In this document: piece by piece, positions 20,494-34,200 of the stretch | How positions within the stretch are numbered: the first letter of the stretch is position 1 | Layout: each line of letters starts with the position of its first letter | Assembly (NCBI GenBank): GCA_963924565.1 | Contig: OZ004613.1 | Location: 11,222,001-11,286,000, forward strand | Reading direction: 5' to 3' | Source of the DNA: Ascidiella aspersa | Taxonomy: Eukaryota | DNA length: 64,000 nucleotides | The notes under the pieces: model-generated | What the model was told of the DNA's origin: nothing | Database searches by the model: none | What the model saw: only the letters and a program-made list of their open reading frames with translations | Made by a program: the position numbers and the translations under genes

Positions 20494-21220
20494 AGTATTA
20501 TCATTAAAGATGTTTATGTGAATAGCCATACATAACGAATTACTAATAATCACCCAAATGAACTAGACAGGGTGTGCGGTTTTTGTATATTTTACCAGGA
20601 GGTACATGGCGGATGTACTACATCATATCAGGGGGTATAGTGCAGTTCCGCTATATTTTACCAGGGGGTATTCTCTAGTAATTCTATATTCTTTCAACGG
20701 GCCTAATTTGTCAGTGTCCATATTCTCCCAATGTTGTGTCATACGTTTCTGTGCTTTATCAGGTAAAAGCTGATGTGGCCCGAAGTTTCGTGTCATTAGT
20801 TGGGCATGGTGCACTCAACATTGATTGCCAGTGTTGTTAATAAAAATTTGGCTGCGAAGCAAACCTATAACTTGTCTTTATAATTAAAAAACATTTGACA
20901 TTTTTTTCTTGCACCCCTATACGCCTCTAATTGGGGACAAAAGTCAATAGTGTGATGTATTCGATTTAGTTCTTTACAGCTATCTACTCCAATCTAGCGG
21001 CAGAAAATCTTCAATACAGTATTCGGTCCAATCGCTTGCTTTATTCTGGCCGCGAATCGGCTGGCTCCCTGCTGTGCAACCTTCATTGTGCGAAGTGTCT
21101 CATCTTAGTAAAACTAAGCGCGTGCGACTTGCCTTTTAGAAAGAGGCTTTTCTTCGAAAATTATATGGGCCGAAAATTTATTTTCGGGACATATCTTGTT
21201 TTTGCCGCTATTCTTTTTTG

Positions 21221-21372
21221 GTTTCCTATGGTTTCCTATGGTTTCCTATGGTTTCCTATGGTTTCCTATGGTTTCCTATGGTTTCCTATGGTTTCCTATG
21301 GTTTCCTATGGTTTCCTATGGTTTCCTATGGTTTCCTATGGTTTCCTATGGTTTCCTATGGTTTCCTATGGC
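21221..21372. repeat. 10-bp minisatellite (GTTTCCTATG)n, ~15 units
   Basis: Directly visible perfect tandem array. Confidence 0.98.
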
Positions 21373-22060
21373 ATGTTTCAGACCGATTTTTTTCCGAAGC
21401 TTTAGAAAAAGTATACATCGTAGAACCTACAAATTTTCAGACATGGCGTAGAGTGGTATGTAGGTGCTTTGTAGAAGTTTATGAGGCTGCACCCCCAGGG
21501 GACTTTGCTTGGGGGTAAAAACCTGAAATATTGCGTTTTAGCTCTTTGTAGCTAACGACTGTCATCTAGCAGCAGAAAAACTTTCATACAGAATTCGTTA
21601 ATATTCGCTTGCTTTGTCCAGCTTGTGAAGTGAAGAAGCGACTAACCGCCTGCTGCGCTTTATTGTCCCGCGCGTGAGACTTTCATTGTGCGAAGTGGCA
21701 CCAAGCCATGGTAAATATTTACCGAGTAAAAGTTTGCAAAAGTATTGCAAACCATAGGCGTTAAACCATTTTAAGTCTTTAGGAGAATGATAAATATTTG
21801 CTTTTCAAACACGTAAGCTGGCCAAAATGTAATAAAATGGCCATACACATCATCTACGTAAATTCTAATTATCAAATATATGTTTCGATCATTCCCCAAA
21901 TACTACGCCATATTTGAACCCCTTTCGCATCAAAGGCATAAGTTAAGTGGGGAAGTTTTCGGTCCATATCTGTTTTTGCTTGCAGAAACAAGTTAAGGAA
22001 AATGAAAAACAAAATATGAAATATATAATATAAAATATACAATACAAAATACAAAATATT

Positions 22061-22208
22061 NNNNNNNNNNNNNNNNNNNNNNNNNNNNNNNNNNNNNNNN
22101 NNNNNNNNNNNNNNNNNNNNNNNNNNNNNNNNNNNNNNNNNNNNNNNNNNNNNNNNNNNNNNNNNNNNNNNNNNNNNNNNNNNNNNNNNNNNNNNNNNNN
22201 NNNNNNNN
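22061..22208. other. Assembly gap (148 N)
   Basis: Run of N; its flanks match those of the AT-rich tract at ~23812-23947. Confidence 0.99.
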
Positions 22209-22265
22209 CGAAAATATAGCCCCTGACAAAATATACAACAACCGCACCCCCGTCTAGTCTTTTTT

Positions 22266-22457
22266 GGTTTTCCATGATTTCCTATGGTTTCCTATGGTTT
22301 CCTATGGTTTCCTATGTTTTCCTATGGTTTCCTATGGTTTCCTATGGTTTCCTATGGTTTCCTATGGTTTCCTATGGTTTCCTATGGTTTCCTATGGTTT
22401 CCTATGGTTTCCTATGGTTTCCTATGGTTTCCTATGGTTTCCTATGGTTTCCTATGG
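22266..22457. repeat. 10-bp minisatellite (GTTTCCTATG)n, ~19 units
   Basis: Second copy, with the same downstream flank as the first. Confidence 0.98.
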
Positions 22458-25400
22458 CATGTTTCAGACCGATTTTTGTCCGAAGGTTTATAGAAAAAGT
22501 ATACATCGTAGAACCTTCAAATTTTCAGACATGGCGTAGAGGGGTATGTAGGTGCTTTGTAGAAGTTTATGAGACTGTACCCCCAGGGGCCTTTGCTTGG
22601 GGGGCAAGAACCTGAAATATTGCGTTTTAGCTCTCTGTAGCTAACGACTGCCATCTAGCAGCAGAAAAACTTTTATACAGAATTTGTTCATATTCGCTTG
22701 CTTTGTCCAGCTTGTGAAGTGACCAAGCAACTCGACGCCTGCTGCGCTTTATTGTCCCGCGCGTGAGACTTTCATTGTGCGAAGTGGCTCGTCCAAAACT
22801 GGCCGCGTGCGACTTGCATTTTAAAAAGAGGCTTCTCTTTAGTAAAAAAATCCTCTTAAGAAAACAACATATTTTACCGCCGCAAATTTAAATGCGAGAT
22901 CTAGTGGCAACTCCAATCCAACATAACAACACCAGGCCTACACAACTTAAAATTGTGTGTTGATATGTTGGATTGGAGTAACATACGAAACAGGTGCAAA
23001 TAGTAAATATTCTCCAAAGACGATTTTTTCAAATATTTCCCAAATCGTATTTCATTGTACTGTCGCGGTAATACACCGAGAGGTAAGGCCGTGAATAAAC
23101 TTTCACCCACCGCACAATTAACGCAGGAAAGCATTGCGAGTAAGGATGTTCACAGCAGAATATCGGTTTTCGGGCGACCAATTACTTCGCAGTAAGCTTC
23201 GCCTAATAATCGAATATCAATAGGGTGTATTTACCGCAGCAAATTTAAATGCGAAATCTTGAGACAGTGTACGCCTCTCTGTTAGCACCTGTTGTGAAAG
23301 TTGCTCCAACCAACAAACCAACATCAGGCCTAAACAATTAGCTGAATTTTCGATTTAATAGTTTGCGTATTAGGCACATATAGTGTTTTTCATATTGTTT
23401 GAAACTACAGATTTAAAGCCTGTTTTAACAGTGATTGCCCGGACCAAGCCATGGTAAAAATTTACCGAGTAAAAGTTTACAAAAGTATAGCAAACCATAG
23501 GCGTTAAACCATTTTAAGTCTTTAAGAGAATGATAATAGTTGCTTTTCAAACACGTAAGCTGGTCAAAATGTAATAAAATGGCCACACGCATTATTTATA
23601 CGTAATTTCTATTGACCAAATATATGTTTCGATCATTCCCCAAAATCTACGCCATATTTGAACCCCTTTCGCATCAAAGGCATAAGTTAAGTGGGAAAAT
23701 TTTCGGCCCATATCTGTTTTTGCTTGCAGAAACAAGTTAAGGAAAATGAAAAACAAAATATGAAATATAAAATATATAATATAGAATACACAATACTAAA
23801 TACAAAATATTAAAAAATAAAAAGTATAAAATAAAATAAAAAATAATAATATAAAAAAATAAAAAATTACGTCAATCAAAAATATTAAAAAAAAATAAAT
23901 AAATAAAATTAAATTTGAAATTAAAAATATAACACTAAACCTACCTTGAAAATATACCCCCTGACAAAATAACAATAAACATATGGTGGCAATAAAGCGT
24001 TGGTAAAAAGTAGAAACCGTGCAAGCGATGCTTTCCTGGCAATTAACTTTAAATAATACAAGATGTAACGTTCTCTTGATGAATGTTGGTTATTCCCCGC
24101 ATTTCATAACAACTATAGATGAATAATCTCAAGATATTCTGCCTAAATATTTAAGGGCCCACATAAATATTTATTAAAATTTTCCGCTTAAACTTGAGTA
24201 TAACTTTAGTGTTCCACTGTCTAATTCTTTGTCAAAGACTAGACATAACACAAGTATGTTTTTGCGGTAATTCTATTTTACAAAAGATCAGATTTTTATT
24301 GCGAAAACATGCATTAGACACGCACCAGTTCGCTCTGTCGCGAAACCTTGTGTTAAGGAAATCTTTTTTGGGGCATTAAGCTTATGAAGTTGGTTTGGTG
24401 TATTAATTGTTTTTTAAAACCAAGTTCAAATGGAACTAAGACTCTCACATAGATATACCATAAAGGAAACCTTTAAAACGCCCACTTGCCACATAAACTG
24501 ACGTTAAATTCAGATATGTGGAGTTGACTCAAACATCTTGAATATCTGTTAAGGGATATTTGTTCGGAAAAATGTGCTGACAATGTCATCATCTGTGGGG
24601 CAAACATATATTACATCAGTCCAAAACCTATCAATTATTGTGAATGAAACTACAGAAAAAGTCGGTGCTACAGGCATTGTTGGAGGAAAAGTGTTTTCGA
24701 AAAATGGAAGTTTTGAACAGAGTTTGTTGAAGCGTTAGCTCGGGATGTAAATGCGATGACTAAACATCTTGATAGGGTCTTGGCCTGATCTCGAGAGTTT
24801 CCCGTTATGCAGCGATAAACATATGGTCGCAACTCGTTGCCTGAACGTGTAGAACGCGCAGTATTTGATAAAGCCAATCTCCTATTTTTTCTGGGGAGTA
24901 TAATTGAGTTTAATGCCGCTTTTTAACAGCCATCGAACGCTTGTGCAGCCATCATTGTTAAGCAAGGTGTGTGTTTTTTCCTAACTGTATATTTACGCCG
25001 ACCATTTTAGAGTAATATATACCCAAAGGTGTCGTACCGTGGCATGATACGGCACGTAAACTGAATTTGTCGCCCTTCGCGCGATAAGGCTGAATCTACG
25101 GTTTATTACGATTAAGACGTGTTAAGATCGAGAAACGCTACAACACAAAGATTCTTTTGTCAAAGCATACGTTTCCAGCGACGGTTGTACCTCATAAGCT
25201 TGCAAATTATTTTATAATGCATAACAACAAACCAGTCTACACCTAAACCAAACTTTTTCACATGGTATGGAATTTTATTGCCTTGTGACTTTATATTATA
25301 AAAAAGGGTGTTTTCTGCCAACGTTCGGTTGTACACAGCAAATTATTTGGCTCAGTGTTGATGAAAAACAACCGGGGTTTTGGGCAGTTTTTCATCTAGT

Positions 25401-28400
25401 AGATTTTTAACTTGAAAATGCGATTTAGGGGAAAAGAATGGCTATCGTCGAACAATTCGAGCTATCAATAAGCACAATGGTTAAACTGAAAGTAAGAACG
25501 TTGTGTTTATCCGTAAAAATATTTTGCGTTTTGTGTTCAAAGTGTTTTTATTACTGCTGTAAATATTTATGTTGATTGCCGTTACTTACAGTAAATGTAA
25601 AATTGGTCCTAAGTAAAGCATTTCAAGTTGCGAAATAACTTTACGCGTTTAACCTATAAATTTGTTTTGATAATATAAAACATACGCTAAATCTCTAGGA
25701 TGTGAATGATGGTTAAACAGGACGCTCCTCGGGATGTTGATGCGATGACTATACCATAAATGCGATGACTACCATCTCGACCGTTTCTTCGCCAATCTCG
25801 GCGAATTTTGTTTTATGCGATTGGAAGACATGTTGGGTTCGATAACTCTCTTCTCATTCTATAGCAATAAACATATGGTCGCAATGAGACGTTGGTAAAA
25901 AGGAGCAACCACGCAAGCGATGTTTTCTTGGCAAGTAACTTTAAACAAAACAAGTTGTAAAATTCTCCATATATGTTTAACTAATAAATGTTGTCTATTT
26001 TATTTTACCTTTCGAATTTAACGTCTACTGAAATTGTTCTTGCAATGACAACTTTTCAGCGCGACGATCATGCTATAAATATACCAAGACATTTTACATT
26101 GACATGCTAAAAAATTATACATAATTTATATCGATATCATTTATTTGGCAAATCGATGAAATCAAAAGCATAAACTGAAGGACAACAGTGTTGTTTGTTT
26201 CTAATACAGAGACCAACTAATATATTACTTTTATTTTTACGGTAATATAATACATTATTAGCAAAATTTTAAAGCTGTATAAAAGCTATACACTATGATA
26301 ATACGGTGGTACTCGAATTTAATACATAAGTGCTTTCCGCAAGCATCGTTTTCCATAAAAATATTCATGTATTTTTGCACAAACATGTTTCATTGACTTC
26401 GATTTTCAATTTTGAATCCTTATCAAATAATTTATTTTATTTATATCCACAAAATTTCAAGGTATTATCTAAACACGAGTATTATGATATTTCACCTGCA
26501 CTTTCCCGGACTTAAATATGTGGAAAAACAGTCTGGAGATAGCACTATTCCAATCAAAATTCGGTTTGATTTGTAAACAAAGGGAGTCTATGGTGAAAAG
26601 AATTGTCTTGAAGAGTGATACGTCATAAGCGATTAATTATCAATTATGACATATAAAGGTGTATGTAAATGTTGCCTAACAGTAATAAAATGGCAGCCAA
26701 ATTTGATTATACAATAAATTTTATCATTAAATCACCACTCAATTTGCACATAAACCAAAAAGTGGTGGTCAAAAGTTAAATTAAGCACACTTATTGGAAT
26801 TTACCATCGAAAACTATAGACATCAAACTGAAGGCAAGAAAATATTTATTACAGTTTTCAGTAGAATTTGACGAATGTTTATAAACTTTGTTATTATTTA
26901 TACAGTTGCGCTCGCTGGGGATACCAATATTTTGACTAACATCTCGAACGTGCCTGTGTCAATCTCGGGAAGATGAGTTTTCGCTGCAACGGGAACTTTA
27001 CGGTTATTAACTATGAACTCCCTTCCCGAGCTATAGCGATAAACATATTGTGGCAATTTGACTCAGGGGAAGATATCTATTAGCACAACACGTTGATCCG
27101 TTCTATAGCGATGGGCATATTATCGCGCTAACTAGATATGGTTGTTGCAAAAACAGGAGGTTTGCGAAACTGTTAAGGCGAAACCGTGTGGTTTAGCTGG
27201 CGCCAAATTGCAAAGTGATTTAATGTTGTACAAATATAGCCTCTGGGTATATAGAATTATTTCATTACATTTTTATTTAACCTTTCTCTAAAATAAACAT
27301 TGTTATCAAGCCGCGAGTGTCTTTGTGCATTTCAAACGAATATTATTTCCCGTCTTTGGGTACCATAACAGGGTATTGAACAACTTATTTATCTTCTGGT
27401 ATGATGTTTGCTTTACCCTGTAATATTTATTTCTGGGTAAACCTGGCGTTTCATATTACTTTTTTATGTCATGGAATGTTTTTTTCAATGCTGGCATTTG
27501 TATTAAAAAAAACACAACATTATAATTGTTTTTATCACAATTGCCCATGCACAAAAACACACTCAACAATTAACAATTAAGATGTATTTACCAATAGCCA
27601 ACCAAATGGATAAATGCCTATCCCGCCAAACAAAAATTGGCACGAGGCCGTTAATACATTATTATATCTATATATGTGACTCTGGTTAAAAGTTTTCCCT
27701 TTTAGGGATTTACAATATAGAAGTGATAGATTTAAAAAAAAAAGTTTTGCCGAAATTTTTTACTGGAAATATAATCTATTGCTACACGAAACTATTTGTG
27801 TCTTTAAAAGATGAAAGTATAATATCGAGAGTTTTTCGATCCTATTCAAATTAAACTAAAACTAGATAACCGATTAGATTTATCGTGTTTCGAAGGACAT
27901 TTTTTATGAGAACTTTCTTTGGGGTCATGGTTGGTGCCCAGTGTTTTACAAAATCGTACGAATTTGCGCTTTCTAACTGGATTTTTAATAGCCCAAACTC
28001 CATTGGACCAACGCCAACCCTTTAGGTTTGGCGCCTGTTGTACTGTATCACATTAAAATTTGGCTTTAAGCTTTGGCCAACCCTTTTAAGTTTTAGATTT
28101 AAAAACGTTTACCGAAGGCTGTTGTACTGTATAGTGTAGTGTCACTTGCAATATGCTGCTTGTTTTGCCAAGCTAAACACGAATCTGCAATCTTGCTAAC
28201 GTCCTGTAGTGCCAGCAGCTTACGTCCCATGAGTTAGGGGTGACGATGTGTTTAGTTCTCATAACAGGAAAATACCAGCTATATTTCACAACAAAGTGTT
28301 TCATTTTCGTCGACGAAAAAGTTCGTCCGCGATTGGCGAACTCTCTGGTGGTATTGGTCATTGCATTCACATCCCAATTTTCTAAAGAATTTTAAATGAC

Positions 28401-30405
28401 GAAACCAACAATCTATAGCTTACTATATTAAGAGAAATCAACAACAAATATACAGTTACCAAAATCGTGGTTATTTAAATTTTCAAAATGTAATTGGCCG
28501 CAGCGTTATCATGGTACAAAATATTTACAATGATTATTTGCCTTCATTGAAAAATATCTAAGATTGTCTTTTATAACTGAAGACATTTTTACATATTACT
28601 GTCGCAACACCAAACATTATTACCGAGGTTGGTCAAAACACTGTCGAGATTATTCGAAGCAAAGGCAGCATACAACCCTGTTCTTAATCGTTTGGTCTCG
28701 CGAGATTAATACTCTTATCCCTCAAATACTCTTATGCGTCCCATACCATGCTGCAGCGTGAACGACAGTCTATTTTTGTGTCCTCGATTAAAATAATGAT
28801 CTATTTCGAGGCGGTAATTTTATTATAAATTAGAAGACAATGGTTTTGTCACCCTAATCAGTTTTAAAATAAGACCTACAAGGCAACAATCTTCAGCAGA
28901 AGAATCTATAATATTTAGTATTAAGACTAACGACATAATAAATCCAAATACACAATAATGGTAGGGATTGGAAGTTGGTTAGGGTTAAAATTATTAGGAG
29001 GGTTAGTAGTGTAGGCTACTTAGCGGTGGGGTTTAGTAAATGTTTGTATAGTCGCTTTGCAATATGTTGCGGGGTCTTTACAATAACTCTTAGTTCTCAA
29101 CAGCAATATTGCATGCGTCAAGATGCGGCGATCTGTTCATAGCTATGCAGAAAGGAAGACAGATCACACTCCACAACAAAATCTTCCTGTCGCAGAAGCT
29201 AAAAAAACCTACACGATTTACTAAGAAGTGGTATCGTGATTTACTCATTGCATTCGCATCATAAGAAAACGTATCAATATACTTTGTGGAAAACATCTTG
29301 TTTCGCCAGAGGATCGCTCGCCTGCTGTATCCTGCAAACACAGATTGATGAACTCAGCGTACTATGTCCTCTTAATAGTGTGATACACTATGCGAACCCA
29401 CAGAATAATTATTAAATAGTTTTTTTTACTGTAAACATCAAGAGTAAACGTTTTAGAAAAATAGTCACCGGAAAATATAGATTTTAAATTTGGAATGCAA
29501 AGTATCGTAGGCTTAATACAGCCTAAAAGTTCTAAGATAAACAAATAGTTGTAATTTATTTGGAAAAATCTTGATTTGTTTGCATTGAATAATCGTGTCG
29601 GTATTAAAATATTCACAATTCCAACGGGAACGTCACAAAATAATTCCATTGTTTGATTTATAAGTTGTCTATAAGTTAACCAGGGACCGTTTCAGAAACA
29701 GTACACCAAAATTAATTAATGAAAAATATGCGTTTTTCTGCTACAGTAATAAAAAATAGTTTTAAAAATAGCGCAAACTCCCACATAATCATAATCGCAT
29801 TTGTTAATGTTTAACACATTTATGTGTTGCACAAATATAAATTGTCGTGGGAAATTGAAAACAATAACGAAAACAAAATAATAATTAACTTATTTGTTCT
29901 GGAAAATTAGGATTGAACAAATCTCATGTTCAATGAATCTATTAACTGTGATTTTTGTCAAGCATACTGTTCACATAAATCATTTTTGCGAAATATGCTT
30001 TTGAATTTATAACTTGTGGATAACGAAGTATGAATGCGGCTGAAGTGATTTGTTTTCATTTCACTTACTTTTGCTGGGCGAACTGACTTACACTTTCTCG
30101 ATCGACCCAGCAGGAAAATAAAGACATATAAGCCCTTTTTTCTAACTCATACAAAACTCTTTTTTCTCCCAGCGCAAGCCCTATCGGATGTTGCTATGAA
30201 CAGCTGGCTACTGAGATACACAAGGAAAAACAAATATTTTCCTGTTTAACGCTATATAAGTGGCCCATCAGCATCAGATAATCAGCGCATCCATCTCAAG
30301 CCAACGTTTGAGTGAACAGCGCTCAAAGTGTTGAAATTATAAATTGTTCAGCGTTATGCCAAACAATTTTGTAATATTTGAATTGTTTTAGATTATTCAG
30401 GAACC

Positions 30406-31245
30406 ATGAATAAGCTAACTGTTTTCGCTCTTCTTTTTGCTGTTCTTTTGTTGGCTGATGTCGACGCCTGGGGTCGTCGTCGTCGTCGTCGTCGCCGCCG
30501 TCGCCGTCATCTTGTGAGAAGAATCGTCCGTATTGGTTGCAGCTTGAACAAATATTGCAGAACTGGGCGCACAATTTACAGAATCGGACGCAGAATTTTC
30601 CGTGTGTTCGGGTGAGTAAAATAATTATATTTTGTAAGAGTTTGTTTAGAGTTGTTAATGTGAAACCCAAGTAAGTTTGTGTGGCCTAAAGTTAGAATAA
30701 AAACAAACAAATATGTTTTGTAAATAATTTTGAATAGTCCTGACATATAACCTAACTAAGCAAGGACGTTTTGTCAATTTGTTTAAAGAGTGAGAAATTG
30801 TTTACATTTATTATATTTTACAACTATTTTCTTTGAATTTGCAGTGATGAAGAAATGCAGCAAGAACAAGAAATGTTAGGTTGGTCCAAACACTGTTTAT
30901 ATTGTAGTTTTACGTTACCTTGTAGTTTTGAATGAAATATTAGGATCAATTTTCTTTGTACATTGAGGACACGAATCAAATGAGCTACTAAGTTAGTTTC
31001 AACAATAGTTTACTAAATCTTTTTAATGAACCGTTTTTATTTCTAAATTTAGTAAAAGTTTGAAGAGTGAGTAAAGATTTGGCAATATTTTAATGTATTT
31101 TGAGGCTTTGTTTCAACATAAAAGAAATAAGACAACATATTTATTTTACACAGACACAGCTGACTTCGTAGAGGAAGAACCTGTTGACTTCGTAGAGGAA
31201 GACATTGTGGATGAACCCGAAATGGAAGAAGTTGTCCAGGAATAA
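30406..31245 (+). CDS. Putative antimicrobial peptide precursor, copy 2 (exons 30406-30611, 30845-30879, 31154-31245)
   Basis: Same exon structure as copy 1; I>V and A>V in the mature region. Confidence 0.85.
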
Positions 31246-34200
31246 ATACAACGTAAACACCTATAGTTTGTTATCTTATTTTTTTATTATAAAACAAGTT
31301 GTACTTACGTCTGGTGATTTTTCTGTTTTGTAAACAATCAGTTAAACATATAACAAATAAATTCCTTTATAATGATGCTAAAGAACAGTACAACGTTACT
31401 GGAGAAACGCCAGTAATTTTAATCATACACATTTAATTGTTTTGTTTTTTTATTTTAGATGGAACCGAAAAACGACAAGATCTCAATGGAATTGTTTTTA
31501 TTTGGCTTTAAAAACTACAAATAAACTGCATTTAAAATCATCAGTGCTGTTGTATGATACTATATTGTAGTCCCAATATTTATAGTAAAAGGCCTATTTA
31601 AGACATTAGAATTACCGCAAAAATATCCTCGTGAGTTGTAACACAGAAGGGCAGAAATTACTTGTTCTAAATATTGCGACTCTTCAGAAAGAAGCAATAT
31701 AAGCAATATTGTAAATTAAACACTAATTTGGTCAAGTTATTAAGAAAACTTTCTATTGAGATAAAAAAAAAGATTTAAATCCGAGAAACAAATAATACAC
31801 GTATAAAATGTATTAACAGTTATACACTGATAATAAGTAATTAAAATTCGCTCAATTGATCAAATTACCATAGTGTTATAAACATTTTTACCAATAAAAT
31901 AAAGCACTTTAGAAAACAAATATTTTAACACTTAATTTCAAAAGAATGAACATAGCTAATATTCCTGTTAATAAAATGCAGACCTTTGTCAACAAAATCT
32001 TTTTTAAGTAGAAAATAGTTTTTTTTTTTAAATTTTACTTAAATTATAGCACTTTCAAAAAAGAATTCCACTAAAATTATAAAAATAACTAGTTTCAGAG
32101 TTTAAATAAAACAACAACTTTTGTGTTTATTATGAATCTCGTATTTCAATCACAAAATTAAGGCGAAATAAAAAAACAATTCATCAAAATATGTTTAACG
32201 AGGTAGATATATTAATAACAATATTATTATTTGTCATGAAGCAAAACAGTCTTTACAGTGATATAGGTGTCTTCACATTTCACAAATCCCTGAATCTCTT
32301 ATAATAACTGGCAAAGTTTGTCCGCAGGTTGCCGATTTATTGTCTCCGGCATATGTTCGCCTGTCGGTCGCCGGCATGTCGTCTTAGAGAGACAGATAGA
32401 GCAACGTCGCTCACAATGCTCCTTCCTAAGTGAGAAGCGAGGAGATGGGTGAATTAGAAAGTAAGCCATGTGCTACCAGATAGAAAAATATTAGGCTCTT
32501 TTTATAAGAAAAAGCCAGATCAATAAAGAGGAGTTCAGTAAAGTTTTAAGGATGCGTATATGTTGACCAACATCTGGATCATGCCGTCTCCAATCTCGGG
32601 AAGATAAGATTTGCCTCAACAGGAACATCTTGGTTATGAAGTGCTAAGACTCTGCCCGTCCTAAAGCGATAAACACTTATTCGCAATTTCAATTAGAGGA
32701 AGATGAATGTTTGCAAAGCACGATAATCCATTCTACAGCGATGGACATATTGCGGCTTTTGAGCTAATTGGGTATTATTGTTGCCAAATCAGGATGTGTG
32801 CGACATTGTTAAAGCGGAATCGTGTAGTTTTAGCTGACGCCAAACAAGTGATTTAGCTTTAAACAAATATATCAGCCGGATATATATAATAATAATTATT
32901 TGAATTTGCGACTCTGAAAAGTTAAATTTTTATGAAGCCTAGTATGTCTTTGTGCATTCCAAACGAATTTTATTTTCCGTCTTTACTGCTGACCATTGTA
33001 TTTGATAGAAACAGTATTGTAATTGTTTTAATCATAGTTACACAAACACAAAAACAAACTTAACAAGTATTATCAATAAAGATGTAAATGTGAATAGCCA
33101 TACATAATGAATTACTAATAATCAACACAAATGAATTAAAGACTCGGAAATACCTATCTATCTAGAAAAGAAAACTTTGCACGAGGCCGTTAGTAATTTA
33201 TTTCGCTGTTTGTGCGATGCTATTTTCGCCTTTAGTTTTTTGGAATCATGGTTGGTGCCGGGTCGATATTAATTTTGTTTTCGCCTTCGCACGAACGAAT
33301 TTCCGTTATCGTTTGAAATAAATTTTGACCCATTTTTAATAGCCAAAACTTCATTGAACCGCACCTTACCAATAGTTGTTGCATTTAAGTGTTTGACAAG
33401 TAAAACGTTTGAGCAACGAAAATGTCATTTAAATTTGTTACGGCCCTACGAGATCTTTTAAGTTTGGCTTTGGTCCGCTATTCGAAAAAGTTTGCCAAAC
33501 GCCTGTTGTACTGCAAGCATTATAAGTCAATTGCAATATGCTGCGGGTTTTGCCAGGCTAAACACTTCTTGTGAGTTAGGGGTGACGATGTGTTCAATTC
33601 TTATAACAGGAAAATACAAGATATACTCCAGAACAAAGTGTTTCCTTTTTGCCGATTGAAAAGCTCTGCCGAGATTGGAGAAGACTCACGGTATTCTCCA
33701 TTGTATTCACATCCAAACCAAACTTGAAAAGTTTGTTTTAAAGAATTTTTTAATGACAAAACCACTAATCTAAATAACTTGTTATTAACAGATTAAACAA
33801 CAACAAACATACGGTTACCAAAATCGTGGTTATTTAGGTTTTCAAAATATAGTTGGCCGCAGTGTTATTAAGGTACGAAATATTTGCCTCCATTGACAAA
33901 TAATAAAGATTTTATTTTCTATAAAGATAAGGAATTTCGCAACACCAAACAACACTCTTATGCGTCCCATCGCTTGGTGCAGTTTCAGCGATAGCCTAAA
34001 CTTTGCAGCTATGATCAAAACAAAATCTTAGTTTAATGAGATCATTTTGTTACAAATTATAATACGAAAGTCTTATCGTCATAATCAGTTTTAAAGGTCG
34101 TCTTCATATTATATTCTCAGCTTACCATTGCTGTAATCAAAGCCGGGAACACATAAAAAGACCTAAGGCAAAAAAGCAGAATAATTTATAATACCATAGT

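Noticed and set aside
21872-21990. Lipoxygenase-like exon fragment (TYAFDAKGVQIWRSI)
   Set aside because: Weak resemblance, no convincing splice sites, and embedded in a duplicated repeat segment.
21036-22615. MVSYGFLWFP-repeat proteins
   Set aside because: Translations of a stop-free 10-bp minisatellite, open in all three frames.
28976-29035. Telomeric repeat (GGTTAGGGTT; also ~34425, ~44847, ~62260)
   Set aside because: Only isolated degenerate units inside dispersed repeats, not an array.
30323-30670. Minus-strand poly-Asp ORFs (also 41129-41479 and the related 54336-54581)
   Set aside because: Antisense shadows of the peptide exon; not conserved in length across copies.
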